DNA of 59,741 nt, counting the filler. It is 10 parts of 10 records of this genome, joined end to end, with 100 filler letters (N's around TTAATTAATTAA, not from the genome) between each part and the next. Parts side by side here need not be neighbours in the genome. Positions count along the whole stretch, not along the records: positions 1 to 6,043 come from SRR31147125_204126; positions 6,144 to 11,657 come from SRR31147125_207184; 8 more parts are not named here. One strand, 5' to 3'. The notes beneath the pieces are model-generated. The model saw nothing but the letters and a program-made list of their open reading frames with translations. It did not search any database and was not told where the DNA came from. The position numbers and the translations under genes were made by a program. Below, piece by piece: positions 1 through 10,428 of the stretch; within the stretch, counting starts at the first letter, position 1, and each line of letters starts with the position of its first letter.

Positions 1-249
1 CAAAACCGACTAAGGCTTCAGCCTGCTGCAGTAAACTGCAGCGCATATCAAAACGTGCTAACCATTTATGATTGAAGCACACTTGAGTACAAGTTGTAAT
101 TTCAGAGGTTTTAGAACCAGATGCGAATAAACGACTCACAACAGATAAAAACATGAAGCAGTTAAACATTTTGCCAAGCAAATTGTTTTTTGTAATCCTT
201 TTGCCATCAAGTCAGTTTAACAACTGTCCTGTTCCCAAAAGGCTTGCTT

Positions 250-278
250 AAGATACAGAACCAGGCGTTTTTAGTCAA
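250..278 (-). promoter_or_regulatory. Candidate sigma70 promoter pointing off the left edge
   Basis: Minus strand TTGACT, 17 nt, TATCTT in the AT-rich region downstream of pgsA. Confidence 0.4.
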
Positions 279-335
279 CCTGGTTTATTCTTTTTTTAAA
301 AAAATCAGCAATTAAAAAAAGAACCCTGGATACTG

Positions 336-910
336 TTAAACCTTTTCAGGACGAATTGTCCGCATATAATCAATAAAGGTCCAGATAGCCGTAGCAGCAG
401 AAAGAAGGAAAAATGCCATGGCAACCTTGTTCAGCGGAGCTGTAAAATCATTGAATGCGGGGATCCGCATGGCGCTTGTTAACAGCAAACCGGCGGCACA
501 GGCAAAGGCGTAAATAAACGCCTTGATTTTACCACTCATCCGGGCGGCAACAGCCTTCCCCTGCTTCGCATTGAGAAGTCTTATAAAAGAAATAATCAGA
601 TCCCTGTAGAGAATCAGAGCAAAGACCCAGATAGGCATAAGCCCGGTCCCCGTAAAACAGAGGAAATAGGTGAGTCTGGCAAAGGAATCGGCAAAAGGAT
701 CCATAACCTTGCCCAGGTCGCTGACCTCGTTTCTGGCCCGGGCAACCCTGCCGTCAAAGAAGTCTGATATTTCTATCATAAAGAAGAGAACCCATAAAAT
801 GACAACCGAAACGACGTGTCCGACGCCGGTCCACTCGGGAATAAAATAAGCAAGAAAAAGAACGGGGATAAAAATATCCTCGACGCTGTTAATATATTGG
901 CAAGTTTCAT
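336..910 (-). CDS. pgsA: CDP-diacylglycerol--glycerol-3-phosphate 3-phosphatidyltransferase (apparent frameshift near 870)
   Basis: MKLANILTASRI start at 910; CDP-alcohol phosphotransferase motif SDFFDGRVARARNEVSDLGKVMDPFAD; 1-nt indel is probably a read error. Confidence 0.85.
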
Positions 911-953
911 ACAGTTACTTTAGTTTTTCTGATTGAAATTTACAATACCTAAA

Positions 954-1769
954 TTAAAGGGAAAGGGAGGTCTCAAAATGCAGGCGCCCCTCTTTATCAA
1001 ACGAAAGAATACCCGTTTCATTCAGCTCCGGGGGTTCCGAATCGGGGAAATCGGAAGAATAGCTTAGAAACGGAAAGCGTTTTGCTCCTTCTATCAGAAA
1101 CTCTCCCCAGAGATGGCCTTCTGTATAGGGAGAAAGGAAAGGCAGGGGATCACTTTGTCCGAAAACCATGAGACCGTTGATACGATAGAGTCTGCCCTTT
1201 CCAAGAAAGAAGAACGCAGGAGAAAAGTCCAGGGTTTCTACAACAGGGAGTATCCCCCGCCCCTCGATTGTAGAAATCAGTTCCTTTTCCGGGGGGAAGA
1301 TGAATTTTATAACAGAATGCTCTCCTTCCGCCAGAATTCTGATATTCAGAATCTCCTCATCAGGGCTGCAATCAGACCAGGATTTCAAGGCAAAGGAAGA
1401 AAAAACAAGAAGGGCGGCGATCAACACTGCAACAGGTATCCCGCCGGCCCGGGGAAATCGGCGCACAAGAACTCCCAGCAAAAAGGAGCTCCCTATAAGG
1501 AAAAGCCAATCCAGACTTTCAAAAAAAGAAAGATCCACAGGCTGATCGGAAAACACGCCCCCTGTTGTGGAAAAGACACAGGCGGCAGCGGACACTACAG
1601 CCAGAGAAAAGGTCAGGGAGACGAAAAGCCAGCCCCTCGAACCCATTTGTCGTTTAGGACTCCTGCGGAGATACAGGAAGGGAAACCGGCCGAAACCGAT
1701 CCCCCCCATGAGTCCTGTGAGGAAAATCCAGAAATAGGGATTCAGCAGGTCAACCGCCTTAAAGGCCAT
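954..1769 (-). CDS. Hypothetical membrane protein
   Basis: About four N-terminal hydrophobic helices; GGAGG RBS before ATG at 1769, overlapping the carboxypeptidase end. Confidence 0.7.
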   Translation of the reverse strand: MAFKAVDLLNPYFWIFLTGLMGGIGFGRFPFLYLRRSPKRQMGSRGWLFVSLTFSLAVVSAAACVFSTTGGVFSDQPVDLSFFESLDWLFLIGSSFLLGVLVRRFPRAGGIPVAVLIAALLVFSSFALKSWSDCSPDEEILNIRILAEGEHSVIKFIFPPEKELISTIEGRGILPVVETLDFSPAFFFLGKGRLYRINGLMVFGQSDPLPFLSPYTEGHLWGEFLIEGAKRFPFLSYSSDFPDSEPPELNETGILSFDKEGRLHFETSLSL

Positions 1770-3271
1770 AGACCTCCCCATATTTTTTATTCAGGTAGGC
1801 TGTAAAAAAACCGGGGTCCAGAGCCTTTCCGGTTACCTTTTCACAAATCTCCCGCGGTCAGAGCGGATCCGTGTGCATGGATATTTTCCCGCAGCCAGGA
1901 GAGCAGGACCTTATGCTCACCGGCTTTCACCCGGTCAAAAAGATCGGGAATATCGGCGACCGCTTTGTTCATAAACTGGGCACCATAGAGATTTCCCAGA
2001 GCATAGGTGGGAAAATACCCCAGCAGACCGAAGGACCAGTGGACATCCTGCAGGACTCCGTTGGAATTGGTGTCCGGTTGTATCCCCAGAAGCTCTTCCA
2101 TTTTTGCATTCCAAACCTCAGGAAGATCGTTGACCGTCAGCCGGCCTTCCATAAGGGCCGTTTCAATCTCATACCGAAGGACAATGTGAAGACTGTAGGT
2201 CACCTCATCCGCATCCACCCGGATAAGCGAAGGCCGGACAGCATTGACCCCTTTGTAGAATGCCTCAAGCGAAACATCGGAAAGCGGAGTCCCGAAAACC
2301 TTCTGAGCCTCAGGATAGTATCTCTCCCAGAATGGAAGGCTTCGCCCGATCATATTTTCCCAGGTGCGCGACTGGGACTCATGAATCCCGAGGCTGGTAC
2401 CGGTAGCCAGAAGATTGCCCCTGACCGCCTCACCAAACCCCAGTTCGTAGAGCCCATGACCCGCCTCGTGGATAACGGAAAATAGACTGGAGAAAGGGTT
2501 GGGTTCCCCATATCTGGTGGTGATCCGGACATCATCGCTGCCGAGGGTTGTGGTAAAGGGATGGGCCGAAATATCCATACGGCCCCGATCCAGAGGAAAA
2601 TTCAGCTCATTTAAAATGTAATTACCGAATTTCTCCTGAAGCTTTTCCGAATATTCCCTCTCCAGAAAAGCAGTATCCACCTGACCGGCTTCACGGATTC
2701 GAACGACCAGGTCTTTCAGGTCACTTTTAAGCCCCCCGAAAATCCGATCCAGCTCCTCTTTCCGCATTCCCGGTTCATACTCATCCAGCAGGGAATCGTA
2801 GGGATGGTTACCGATATTGATCAGCGATCCCGCCTCCCGGGTCAGTCCCAGAATTTTTTCCAGCGCCGGAGCGAATTGGGCGAAATCGTTCTTCTCCCGG
2901 GCCTGAACCCAGACCGACTGACCCAGACTGGACGCCCGTGCCATCTCCTCCACCAGCTCCGAGGGCAGGCAGACAGCTCGGTGATACTTCCGGAAAAAGA
3001 ACCGCAGAAAGGCTCTGTCGGTTTCTGAAAGTTCGGAACCTCCGGAAGGATTTTCCTCGTTTACACCCAGCTGCTCGAAAAGTTCACCGACCTCCGGTGC
3101 CGTAAGCCTGGAATGGGAAATCCCTTCCATCAGGGCGACCTGATCAGCCCGCTCCTCTACACCTTTGCCGGGAAGCAGGGTTTCCTGATCCCAGCCCAGC
3201 AGGGCTGATGTATGTTCCAAAAGGGTCAGTTCCCTTCCGATTTTTTTAAGCTTTTCCAGTGAATCGCTCAT
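1759..3271 (-). CDS. Carboxypeptidase, M32 (Taq) family; frameshift near 1845
   Basis: HEAGH zinc motif, HPF, HESQ, IRVDADE, QDVHW, YFPTYALG; natural end (EKVTGKALDPGFFTAYLNKKYGEVYGL*) continues in another frame. Confidence 0.92.
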
Positions 3272-3297
3272 TTTATCTCCTCAAGTCCATCTGTAAT

Positions 3298-4467
3298 TTA
3301 TAATCTGCATCCAAGCAGTTCTATCATCTCATCCCGGGAAAAGGCAACAGGGTGATTCTTGTTGCCTCCGGCATCGGCAATCTTTCCCAGTTCGGCCCCG
3401 GTCAAGCCGAAATCAGAAAGTCCGGGAAGATTGTATGCTTTGGTCCAGCCTTCGAGTTCCGCCAGAAGGGCATCAGCACCCTCCCCGGGGGCCAGTGATT
3501 TACCGGAGAGAAACTCTCCCAGGCCATCCATCTTGGAAAGGACTGCAGAATCTCCCGGTTTTTCAGCCCGGATTTTATCGACGGTCATACGAAAAGCGTC
3601 ATATAGAAGAGTTCCGCAGGCGGCGCCGTGGTTCATCCGGGAAAACCCGCCGATGGGACCGGCCAGGCCGTGAACCACCCCCAGACCGGCATTGGCCAAG
3701 GTCAGCCCTGAATAATAGGAGGCTAAAGAAACCTCCATCCGGAGTTCCGCATTTTCCAGATCCGCCATAAGGGGGCCGAAGGAGGAAAGGAACCGTTTGA
3801 GCCCGTCCAGAGCCAAGAGATCCGAGAAAGGAGAAGCTTTGGAGGAGAGGTAGGATTCCAGAAGCTGGGAAAAGGCATCCATCCCGCAGGCTGCCGTCAC
3901 CGATGCCGGACAGGAGAGAATCAATTCCGGGTCGAGGACGGCTGCATCGGGAATATAATGGGGGTGGCGGATTGATTTCTTGAATCCCGTCGGCCCCTTG
4001 CAGCTGATCACAGCGTTCATCGTCGCTTCACTGCCGGTTCCGGAGGTGGTGGGAAGAGCGATAAAAGGAATCTTCTCCCCCGATGGTGTCTTTGTACCGA
4101 CACCCTCCAGATACTCCTCGACCTTCCCTTCCACCGGGAGCATGGCCGCAACGGCTTTGCCCGAATCAATAACAGAGCCCCCGCCGACGGCAGCAATAAG
4201 GTCGGGAGAGAAGCCGGAAAACTCATCGGTCACTCCATTCACAGACTCCGGCGAGGGTTCTCCATGAACCTCACAGACGAGAACCTCAAACCCCGCATCT
4301 TTCAGCCTTTTCAGATACTCCGCCCCATATGGCCCGGCCATGAAGCTGGGTGCGGCCACAAGACCGAGGCGTCCGCCTGTTACCGGTATATACTTCTCCA
4401 GTTTTAAACGGGCTCCGGCACCGGAAACGAGGAGCCGATTGAAGGCGAAGGTAAAACTTCCTACCAT
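3298..4467 (-). CDS. Iron-containing alcohol dehydrogenase
   Basis: GGGSVIDSGK, PTTSGTGSE, GMDAFSQLLE, GLGVVHGLAGPIGG, HGAACG. Confidence 0.92.
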   Translation of the reverse strand: MVGSFTFAFNRLLVSGAGARLKLEKYIPVTGGRLGLVAAPSFMAGPYGAEYLKRLKDAGFEVLVCEVHGEPSPESVNGVTDEFSGFSPDLIAAVGGGSVIDSGKAVAAMLPVEGKVEEYLEGVGTKTPSGEKIPFIALPTTSGTGSEATMNAVISCKGPTGFKKSIRHPHYIPDAAVLDPELILSCPASVTAACGMDAFSQLLESYLSSKASPFSDLLALDGLKRFLSSFGPLMADLENAELRMEVSLASYYSGLTLANAGLGVVHGLAGPIGGFSRMNHGAACGTLLYDAFRMTVDKIRAEKPGDSAVLSKMDGLGEFLSGKSLAPGEGADALLAELEGWTKAYNLPGLSDFGLTGAELGKIADAGGNKNHPVAFSRDEMIELLGCRL

Positions 4468-4685
4468 GTATTCTCCCCTTCAGGACAACGGGCCGTAGAA
4501 TTCCTGAATAAGAAATCATCTTCCAACCCTTCTTTCACTTGCACATCAACAGCATAGACAAGCATCAGAGCCCTCCTTTTTGACAACGGTTTCCGCTTTT
4601 CTCTGTTTTCAGATCTTCAGTATAACGGGAATTCAGGGAAAAATCGATTGTCTTTTGTTTCGGCGGTTATTATTTTATAGGACGT

Positions 4686-5402
4686 ATGAATAAGAGTCGA
4701 CTCACAAACCTAATCGCCCTGCTTATTGTAATAGGCGGGTATTTCAGTCCCTGGTATTCCAAACAGATCTTCACCCTGGGCATTTTTGCACTGTCCGGAG
4801 CCCTCACAAACTGGCTTGCCATCCATATGCTTTTTGAAAAAGTTCCCCTCCTGTATGGATCCGGTGTTATCCCCGCCCACTTTCAGGATATTAAAACCTG
4901 GATCAAGGATCTGATTATGGTCCAGTTTTTCACCGAAGAGAATCTGGAGAAATACATCACCCAGGGACAGGAAGCCCTTATGGATCGAATCGACATCGAA
5001 GCCACCCTGAACGGTTTTGACTACAACGGGATCTTCGATCTGGTCAAACAGGAGATCCTGAATCCCAAACTCGGCGGCATGCTTTCCATGTTCGGCGGGG
5101 AAGGGTTTATAGAAAACTACCGTCCGGCTTTTATAATGCGGATCAAAGATTACCTGAGGACAGAACTCAGCAAACCGGGCTTCCTTTCATCCCTTATAGG
5201 ACAGAGCGGGGTCGATATTCCCGGCCTGATCCAGGAGAAGGTCAGTGAAATAGTGGAAATGCGACTGGAGGAACTGACTCCGGCCATGATCAAGGAGATC
5301 ATTCAGGAAATGATCCAGAAACACCTGGGCTGGCTGGTTGTCTGGGGTGGAGTTTTCGGCGGTCTTATCGGCCTTGTGATGAGTTTTATACCGGGAGTTT
5401 AA
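4686..5402 (+). CDS. DUF445-family membrane protein
   Basis: SGALTNWLAIHMLFEKVPLLYGSGVIP start and HLGWLVVWGGVFGGLIG end. Confidence 0.8.
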   Translation: MNKSRLTNLIALLIVIGGYFSPWYSKQIFTLGIFALSGALTNWLAIHMLFEKVPLLYGSGVIPAHFQDIKTWIKDLIMVQFFTEENLEKYITQGQEALMDRIDIEATLNGFDYNGIFDLVKQEILNPKLGGMLSMFGGEGFIENYRPAFIMRIKDYLRTELSKPGFLSSLIGQSGVDIPGLIQEKVSEIVEMRLEELTPAMIKEIIQEMIQKHLGWLVVWGGVFGGLIGLVMSFIPGV

Positions 5403-5405
5403 TAC

Positions 5406-6043
5406 TCACGAGCTCCAGTTTCCCCGATCGGCTAAAAGGGCCTGCAGAAACCAGGCGGCGTGTGGTATCCACTGTTCACTCCAACGCCAGCGGTGATCTC
5501 CGCTGGCGGCCGCTTCATCCGGAAGAAAATCAAGATCCTTCTCATCCTCGAATCCGCCGGTTATTCCGTTGCAGATACCACCGGGAGCATTTGGATAATG
5601 CTCTTCATAGGCAGGATTGTTCCGGCCGTGTCCCTGAAGCATGCAGACATCGAAGGGATTCAGTCCCAGAATCCAGTCCAGCTGAGCCAGGGCATAACGT
5701 TCGGCCCTGATGGAAAGCTGCTTATCCCCCAGAAGACGGGAGGCCTCCCGGGCAGCAGCGGCCAGAGAAGCCAATCGTGCATTCTCCCCCTGCCACCAGT
5801 ACCCTGATTCATTGTCATGGGGGATAAAGAAGGAGTCAAAGGCCGCACCATTCACCGGCTTTACCCTTTGCCGGGCAAGGGAAAAAGGATTCCCTTCAGC
5901 GGCTTCGGTCCTGTCCAGTTCGGATAGTAACCCCGTTTTAATCAGAGTCAAACAGTCGGCTTTCCGATCAGTCTCCTCTTCTATCCGGCAGTAGGCACAG
6001 AGTGACAGAAGCGGCATTCCCGCATCCGAAGCATGGAAGAAGG
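5406..6043 (-). CDS. Glycoside hydrolase family 9, C-terminal part (exo-beta-glucosaminidase type), 5' truncated
   Basis: WWQGENARLASL, QLDWILGLNPFDVCMLQGHGRNNP, GGICNGIT, WRWSEQWIPH. Confidence 0.75.
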
Positions 6044-6143
6044 NNNNNNNNNNNNNNNNNNNNNNNNNNNNNNNNNNNNNNNNNNNNTTAATTAATTAAN
6101 NNNNNNNNNNNNNNNNNNNNNNNNNNNNNNNNNNNNNNNNNNN
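6044..6143. other. Artificial contig spacer
   Basis: 100 nt of N around TTAATTAATTAA; same spacer at 11658-11757, 18399-18498, 23653-23752, 29847-29946, 35867-35966, 42365-42464, 48649-48748, 54056-54155. Confidence 0.99.
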
Positions 6144-6720
6144 CCCCCACCAGAAAACTTACCGAGGCACTCAATGCGGCCACCACGCCAATCGCAACAA
6201 GGATGGGATCCATGTTTTTGAGGAATAGGGGAATCAACACTTTCCAAAGCGTTAAGGCCGCAAAGACCAAAGACAGGATTGCTTTTAACCCGGTTATTCC
6301 GGCCACGGCAACCAAAAAGACAAAAAAACAAATCACGAGTGTTAGTTCATGGTTGAGACGGTAATGGCCCCTGGCATAAGCTAGTTTTATCACACCATCA
6401 TTGACTTGGTATTCTATCAGTAGTGTTTCGCCTTTTTTATATATTTCATCCACTTCCAGTTTGCCGGATAAATGATTGATCACTTTGACTTTGGTCCCTT
6501 TATGGGGGCCGGTCAGCATCTCAACCACAAGATCCTGGGTGCCGGTACGAATCACTTGGTGTCGCCTCAGATCCAGGTTATCAACGGATTGGACGATTGC
6601 TTTGGAAAAATATGTTTTCCATGGCTTGTTGTTTTCAAATCCCGTGGGAGTAAACCATAAGAAAATGCAAAGCAGGCTAAATACAATTATGATTATATGG
6701 TCTTTTATCATCGCCTTCAA
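6144..6720 (-). CDS. YibE/F family membrane protein, 3' truncated
   Basis: N-terminal helix, soluble beta domain (QDLVVEMLTGPHKG), then helices GITGLKAILSLVF, LIPLFLKNMDPIL. Confidence 0.8.
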
Positions 6721-6741
6721 CTATCATGAAATATCCGGTTT

Positions 6742-6794
6742 AAAAAAAATCGGGGCACAGCCAAAGACAGAACATCTCTTTGTCTGTGCCCCGA
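6742..6794 (-). terminator. Rho-independent terminator after alkaline phosphatase
   Basis: Minus strand TCGGGGCACAGACAAAGA...TCTTTGGCTGTGCCCCGA followed by a T-run. Confidence 0.7.
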
Positions 6795-6833
6795 ACTAAA
6801 CATGTGGGACGGACGGATCCGTCTCTCTTAACA

Positions 6834-8348
6834 TCAATCCAATGAAACGCCCATTATGGTTGCCATTCTCTTTGGGATATCCGTATTGTCATAACTTCCG
6901 CTAAATGCGTCAGCACCCACGCCGGAAGCATATACAGGCACAGGCACGGCCGTATGGGAATAAGAAGAAAATGAGAGTCCGGCACTACGGTTGAGCAGAT
7001 GGGTTACGGTTACGCTTATGGGATCGTAATACTTGTAATGAAGGGTGTCTTCATCATCCGTATTGGGGCTGATATCATGAATTTGCTTGTCAAAAGCGGC
7101 TTCCATCAAATTGAGTTCATACTCTGATAATTCAGCTTTCTTAATTCCGAAATAGGTTTCAATTTTAGCCCAGAGCGCATCGTCGATATAGTGAGGCGCA
7201 TTATCACCATAGCTTGCAATATGCTCATCAACCACTTCATCAAAATCATCGTAAGCAATGGTCTGATTGGCCAGTTTTTCATAATAGGACGCATAAGATG
7301 TTGCCGCATAGCCCAGGGTCAGACCACCACACTCGTGATCGCCGGTGACGACAATCAGGGTTTCTTCAGGATATTGCTGTGCAAAATCCACAGCCACTTC
7401 AATGGCGTCATCAAATGCGATGGTATCCTGGATGGCGGCCATGCCGTCATTGGCGTGGCAGGCCCAGTCAATCTTTCCCCCTTCGACCATCATGAAGAAT
7501 CCCGCACTGTTATCCTTCATAAGATCAATTCCTTTTTGAGTGAATTCCGCCAGGGTAATGGACCCCTCATATGTTTCGCCGGCCTGATCCGCATACATCC
7601 TGTTTAATGCATAGGGCATGGCATTGGAGCTGTCCAAATAGGGATTTACGGCAATCGTGCGACCGGAATTGCTGTTCAGCGCATCAAACTCATCACGAGT
7701 ATTGGTAAAAGTAAATCCAAAGTTGTTTACGGCAAGGGTTTCAAGCTCCGCCCACCGTTGCTCATCCGTCAACGATTCGTATGCGTCACCCCACTTATTG
7801 ACGCGAAAACCTCCGCCGGCAAAATAGTCAAACTGACTTGCCAGCAGTTGGTAATCAATATACAAATAATCGTTACGGCTTTCCTGGTGGGCATAAAAAA
7901 CAGCCGGTGTTGCATGGTCAATGGAAACACTGGAAATAATCCCGACTTTCATGCCGATATCCTTGGATGCTTGCGCAATGGATTTATAGCTGACGCTTCC
8001 CGTGGAATCCATGGCAATGACTCCGACGTTTGTTTTCTCTCCACAGGCAAGGGCGGTGCCGGCTGCGGCTGAATCGGTTATAAATTGGTCATTGGCATAA
8101 GTGGTCTGCAGGCCCAGAACAGGAAATTGGGTCATATTGAGTTTTACTTCTTTTTTGCTGCCCTCAACTTCATCGCCCTCAATAAGAGAGGCAAGGTAGG
8201 CCTCTGTGGCGTGAATCTGTGGACTTGCCATACCGTCTCCGATAAAATAGAATACGTACTTAGGAGCATCAGCCCAAGACGACCCGACAAAAAGTACCAG
8301 GAATAGAAAAAGACCAGGCAAACAGGCTTTACACTTAAAAAGCTTCAT
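6834..8348 (-). CDS. Alkaline phosphatase (PhoA type), secreted
   Basis: Signal peptide; IGDGM, ITDSAAAGTA (catalytic Ser), HATPA, EGGKIDWACHAND, TGDHECGG. Confidence 0.95.
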   Translation of the reverse strand: MKLFKCKACLPGLFLFLVLFVGSSWADAPKYVFYFIGDGMASPQIHATEAYLASLIEGDEVEGSKKEVKLNMTQFPVLGLQTTYANDQFITDSAAAGTALACGEKTNVGVIAMDSTGSVSYKSIAQASKDIGMKVGIISSVSIDHATPAVFYAHQESRNDYLYIDYQLLASQFDYFAGGGFRVNKWGDAYESLTDEQRWAELETLAVNNFGFTFTNTRDEFDALNSNSGRTIAVNPYLDSSNAMPYALNRMYADQAGETYEGSITLAEFTQKGIDLMKDNSAGFFMMVEGGKIDWACHANDGMAAIQDTIAFDDAIEVAVDFAQQYPEETLIVVTGDHECGGLTLGYAATSYASYYEKLANQTIAYDDFDEVVDEHIASYGDNAPHYIDDALWAKIETYFGIKKAELSEYELNLMEAAFDKQIHDISPNTDDEDTLHYKYYDPISVTVTHLLNRSAGLSFSSYSHTAVPVPVYASGVGADAFSGSYDNTDIPKRMATIMGVSLD

Positions 8349-8449
8349 TTTTTTTCCTCTGCAAAAATCGTTTAAAAGGGGTTGAATAATTGAAATGATT
8401 TTCCGAAATGCATCATTTGTCGATGCGGCTCTTTATATAGCTCACTATC

Positions 8450-8487
8450 ATTAGAAGATTTTGAGAATTTGGTTAGCACTGTATTAA
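8450..8487 (-). promoter_or_regulatory. Candidate Pho-box-like direct repeats
   Basis: Minus strand TTAAT, CTAAC, CTCAA, CTAAT at exact 11-nt spacing about 100 nt upstream of the phosphatase. Confidence 0.4.
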
Positions 8488-8752
8488 AGTGTGGTATGAT
8501 TATAATTTTTACTGAAAACTAATTATATTCTCACAAAAAAGTTATATTGTTCAATTATGTTGGACGTGATAAAAGAAAACATAAAATGTTTTTAAATTGT
8601 CTTCCAAATGATGTCTGTGGATGAACGATGCAATAGATGCGTTAGCTCAGAACCCATTTTCAGACTCAATGGAGAACGGTTGGAAAATGTATTTAACGTC
8701 ATTGAATAGAGACAAGTGCTTAGTCAACAGAAATTCAAGAAGGAGGGAAAAG

Positions 8753-8977
8753 ATGGAACAGTCCACTGTAATTTCCGAGAAAGAAGCAAAAAAACTTGTT
8801 GAGAAATATCTGACCGGTCAGATTAAAAGAATTATCGAAATGACCGTATTGGTCGAGAGTGGTGAATCCTGGGAAGTCGGTTTTTCAGGTCTCCCGGCGG
8901 AAAAGTTTACCATTACCAAAGATGGAGAGATCATATTTGAGGATCGCGGTCACTCCAGCAGCATGACTAATGTATGA
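8753..8977 (+). CDS. Small hypothetical protein (74 aa)
   Basis: AGGAGG RBS; ISEKEAKKLVEKYL...WEVGF...FTITKDGEII is loosely PepSY-like. Confidence 0.6.
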   Translation: MEQSTVISEKEAKKLVEKYLTGQIKRIIEMTVLVESGESWEVGFSGLPAEKFTITKDGEIIFEDRGHSSSMTNV

Positions 8978-9366
8978 GTTTAGTCTGTCAAAAAATTTTT
9001 CAAAATTTGATTTCCTGACAATTTCAAATTCATCCTTATGACCTTACCTCTTCATTCTTGCTCAAAAAACAAGCAGTTGATGAGAGGTACATGGGTTGCG
9101 GGTTTTCCACGTTAGAAAAAATAGATTGAATCTTCATCCCACTTCAGTCCGTCCCCCTTTCCATCATGGAGAGGGGATGGAATGAGAATTTTATACTCAT
9201 TTTCAAAAATTTCATTCAAAATTCTACCCTCTACACGTTCAGGGGTATCCCCAATCCCATCACCACCTTATTATGGCATTGTGAAAAAGGCCCCTTTCTC
9301 TGCAATGGAAAAAGAAGCCTTTCCGGAAAAGTTTTGCTGACATCGAAATCGAGAAAAAGATGGAGA

Positions 9367-10428
9367 TCAGATTTTTTCTTTAACAACGTGAAATGAAATG
9401 TGGGAACCTGTTACAAAACTTCGACCGGTATAAAGGAAGGCGATCAGCCAGAAAATCTGCAGGAAAAGAATCACCGAAGGCGTCCAGATAAGTTTTAGCC
9501 CATGGATGATATTCGGAACGATTGCCTGATGATCCCCAGGGAGTAATAGAGTAATGATTCCAAGATATGCAAGGCCGACCAATGCCATGATCTGATAGGC
9601 GGATAATTTGGATTCTCCCCTATAGTCCGCTCTGAAAAACTCGGAAAAAAACCGCCACAGTTGCGTGACGATCAGTGTAAGGAACATGGCGCATTTATAA
9701 TGCCCATAGAGGAAAAGTGCCACGCCGATCAGGGCCGTTGCCGTATAGAGAATGGAGGTGATGGCCTGAACCGGAATCATGGGTTCGCCATCCAGGTTGG
9801 AGGCGTATGCGATTTTTTTTGTTTTTCCATGGAAAACGAAATGACATTTTGAAAAAAGGCGGTTCATCATTTTCCCGGATTGAGAAAGAGATTTCCCATA
9901 GCAGCATCCAAAGCTGACGCATGCCAATCGCCCCAAACCTTCACCAAACGCATAGGCAATGGAGACCGCAGCGAAAAAGCAGAAGGTCGAGACGTGGGTT
10001 TCCGATACGGCATTGATTCCAAGGACGACCCCAGGCAGAACCAGAATGGCCATGAAAACGGCTCCGCCCACAGTGAACGTACTGCTTTTTCCTTCAACCA
10101 GCCTAGCGACGATTCGGGCAGACGGGACGGCGACCGCCAAAATAGGAAGCGTGTATTTCATTTGGACGGATATCGGAACATCGCAAGCCCCGAGCAGAAT
10201 CATCATCATGACCAGGGCAAAGAGATAGGCATTGGCTGAAATGATGCCGTAGTAGGTGAGATTAAGCCCTTTCCAGCTGCCGTGTCCGTTTTTATTCATC
10301 GGAATGGTCGCAAAAATCTGCCATCTTTCTTTGGGCAGTTGCATAAAGCCCCAGGCCATTAAAAGAGAGATGGACAGTGCCACCGTTGTGATAAATAGAA
10401 TGTTGGTGAGTATCATTGTCTTCTCCAA
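9367..10428 (-). CDS. Divergent prolipoprotein diacylglyceryl transferase (Lgt)-family protein
   Basis: GEGLGRLACVSFGCCYG, PVQ and WRFFSEFFRAD motifs; multi-pass membrane protein. Confidence 0.7.
   Translation of the reverse strand: MEKTMILTNILFITTVALSISLLMAWGFMQLPKERWQIFATIPMNKNGHGSWKGLNLTYYGIISANAYLFALVMMMILLGACDVPISVQMKYTLPILAVAVPSARIVARLVEGKSSTFTVGGAVFMAILVLPGVVLGINAVSETHVSTFCFFAAVSIAYAFGEGLGRLACVSFGCCYGKSLSQSGKMMNRLFSKCHFVFHGKTKKIAYASNLDGEPMIPVQAITSILYTATALIGVALFLYGHYKCAMFLTLIVTQLWRFFSEFFRADYRGESKLSAYQIMALVGLAYLGIITLLLPGDHQAIVPNIIHGLKLIWTPSVILFLQIFWLIAFLYTGRSFVTGSHISFHVVKEKI

Noticed and set aside
1-170. Open minus-strand frame running off the left edge
   Set aside because: No RBS or recognisable protein pattern; cannot be told apart from an untranslated leader.
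1113-1805. Long antisense or overlapping ORFs (also 24478-25242, 25737-26600, 44595-45377, 45960-46760, 50575-51324, 52428-53153)
   Set aside because: Shadows of well-supported genes on the other strand, with no motifs of their own.
1841-1843. TGA in the carboxypeptidase as a recoded stop
   Set aside because: The conserved continuation lies in a different frame, so it is an indel and not readthrough.
9040-9325. Several hairpins between converging genes as an ncRNA
   Set aside because: Consistent with terminators; no recognisable RNA family.
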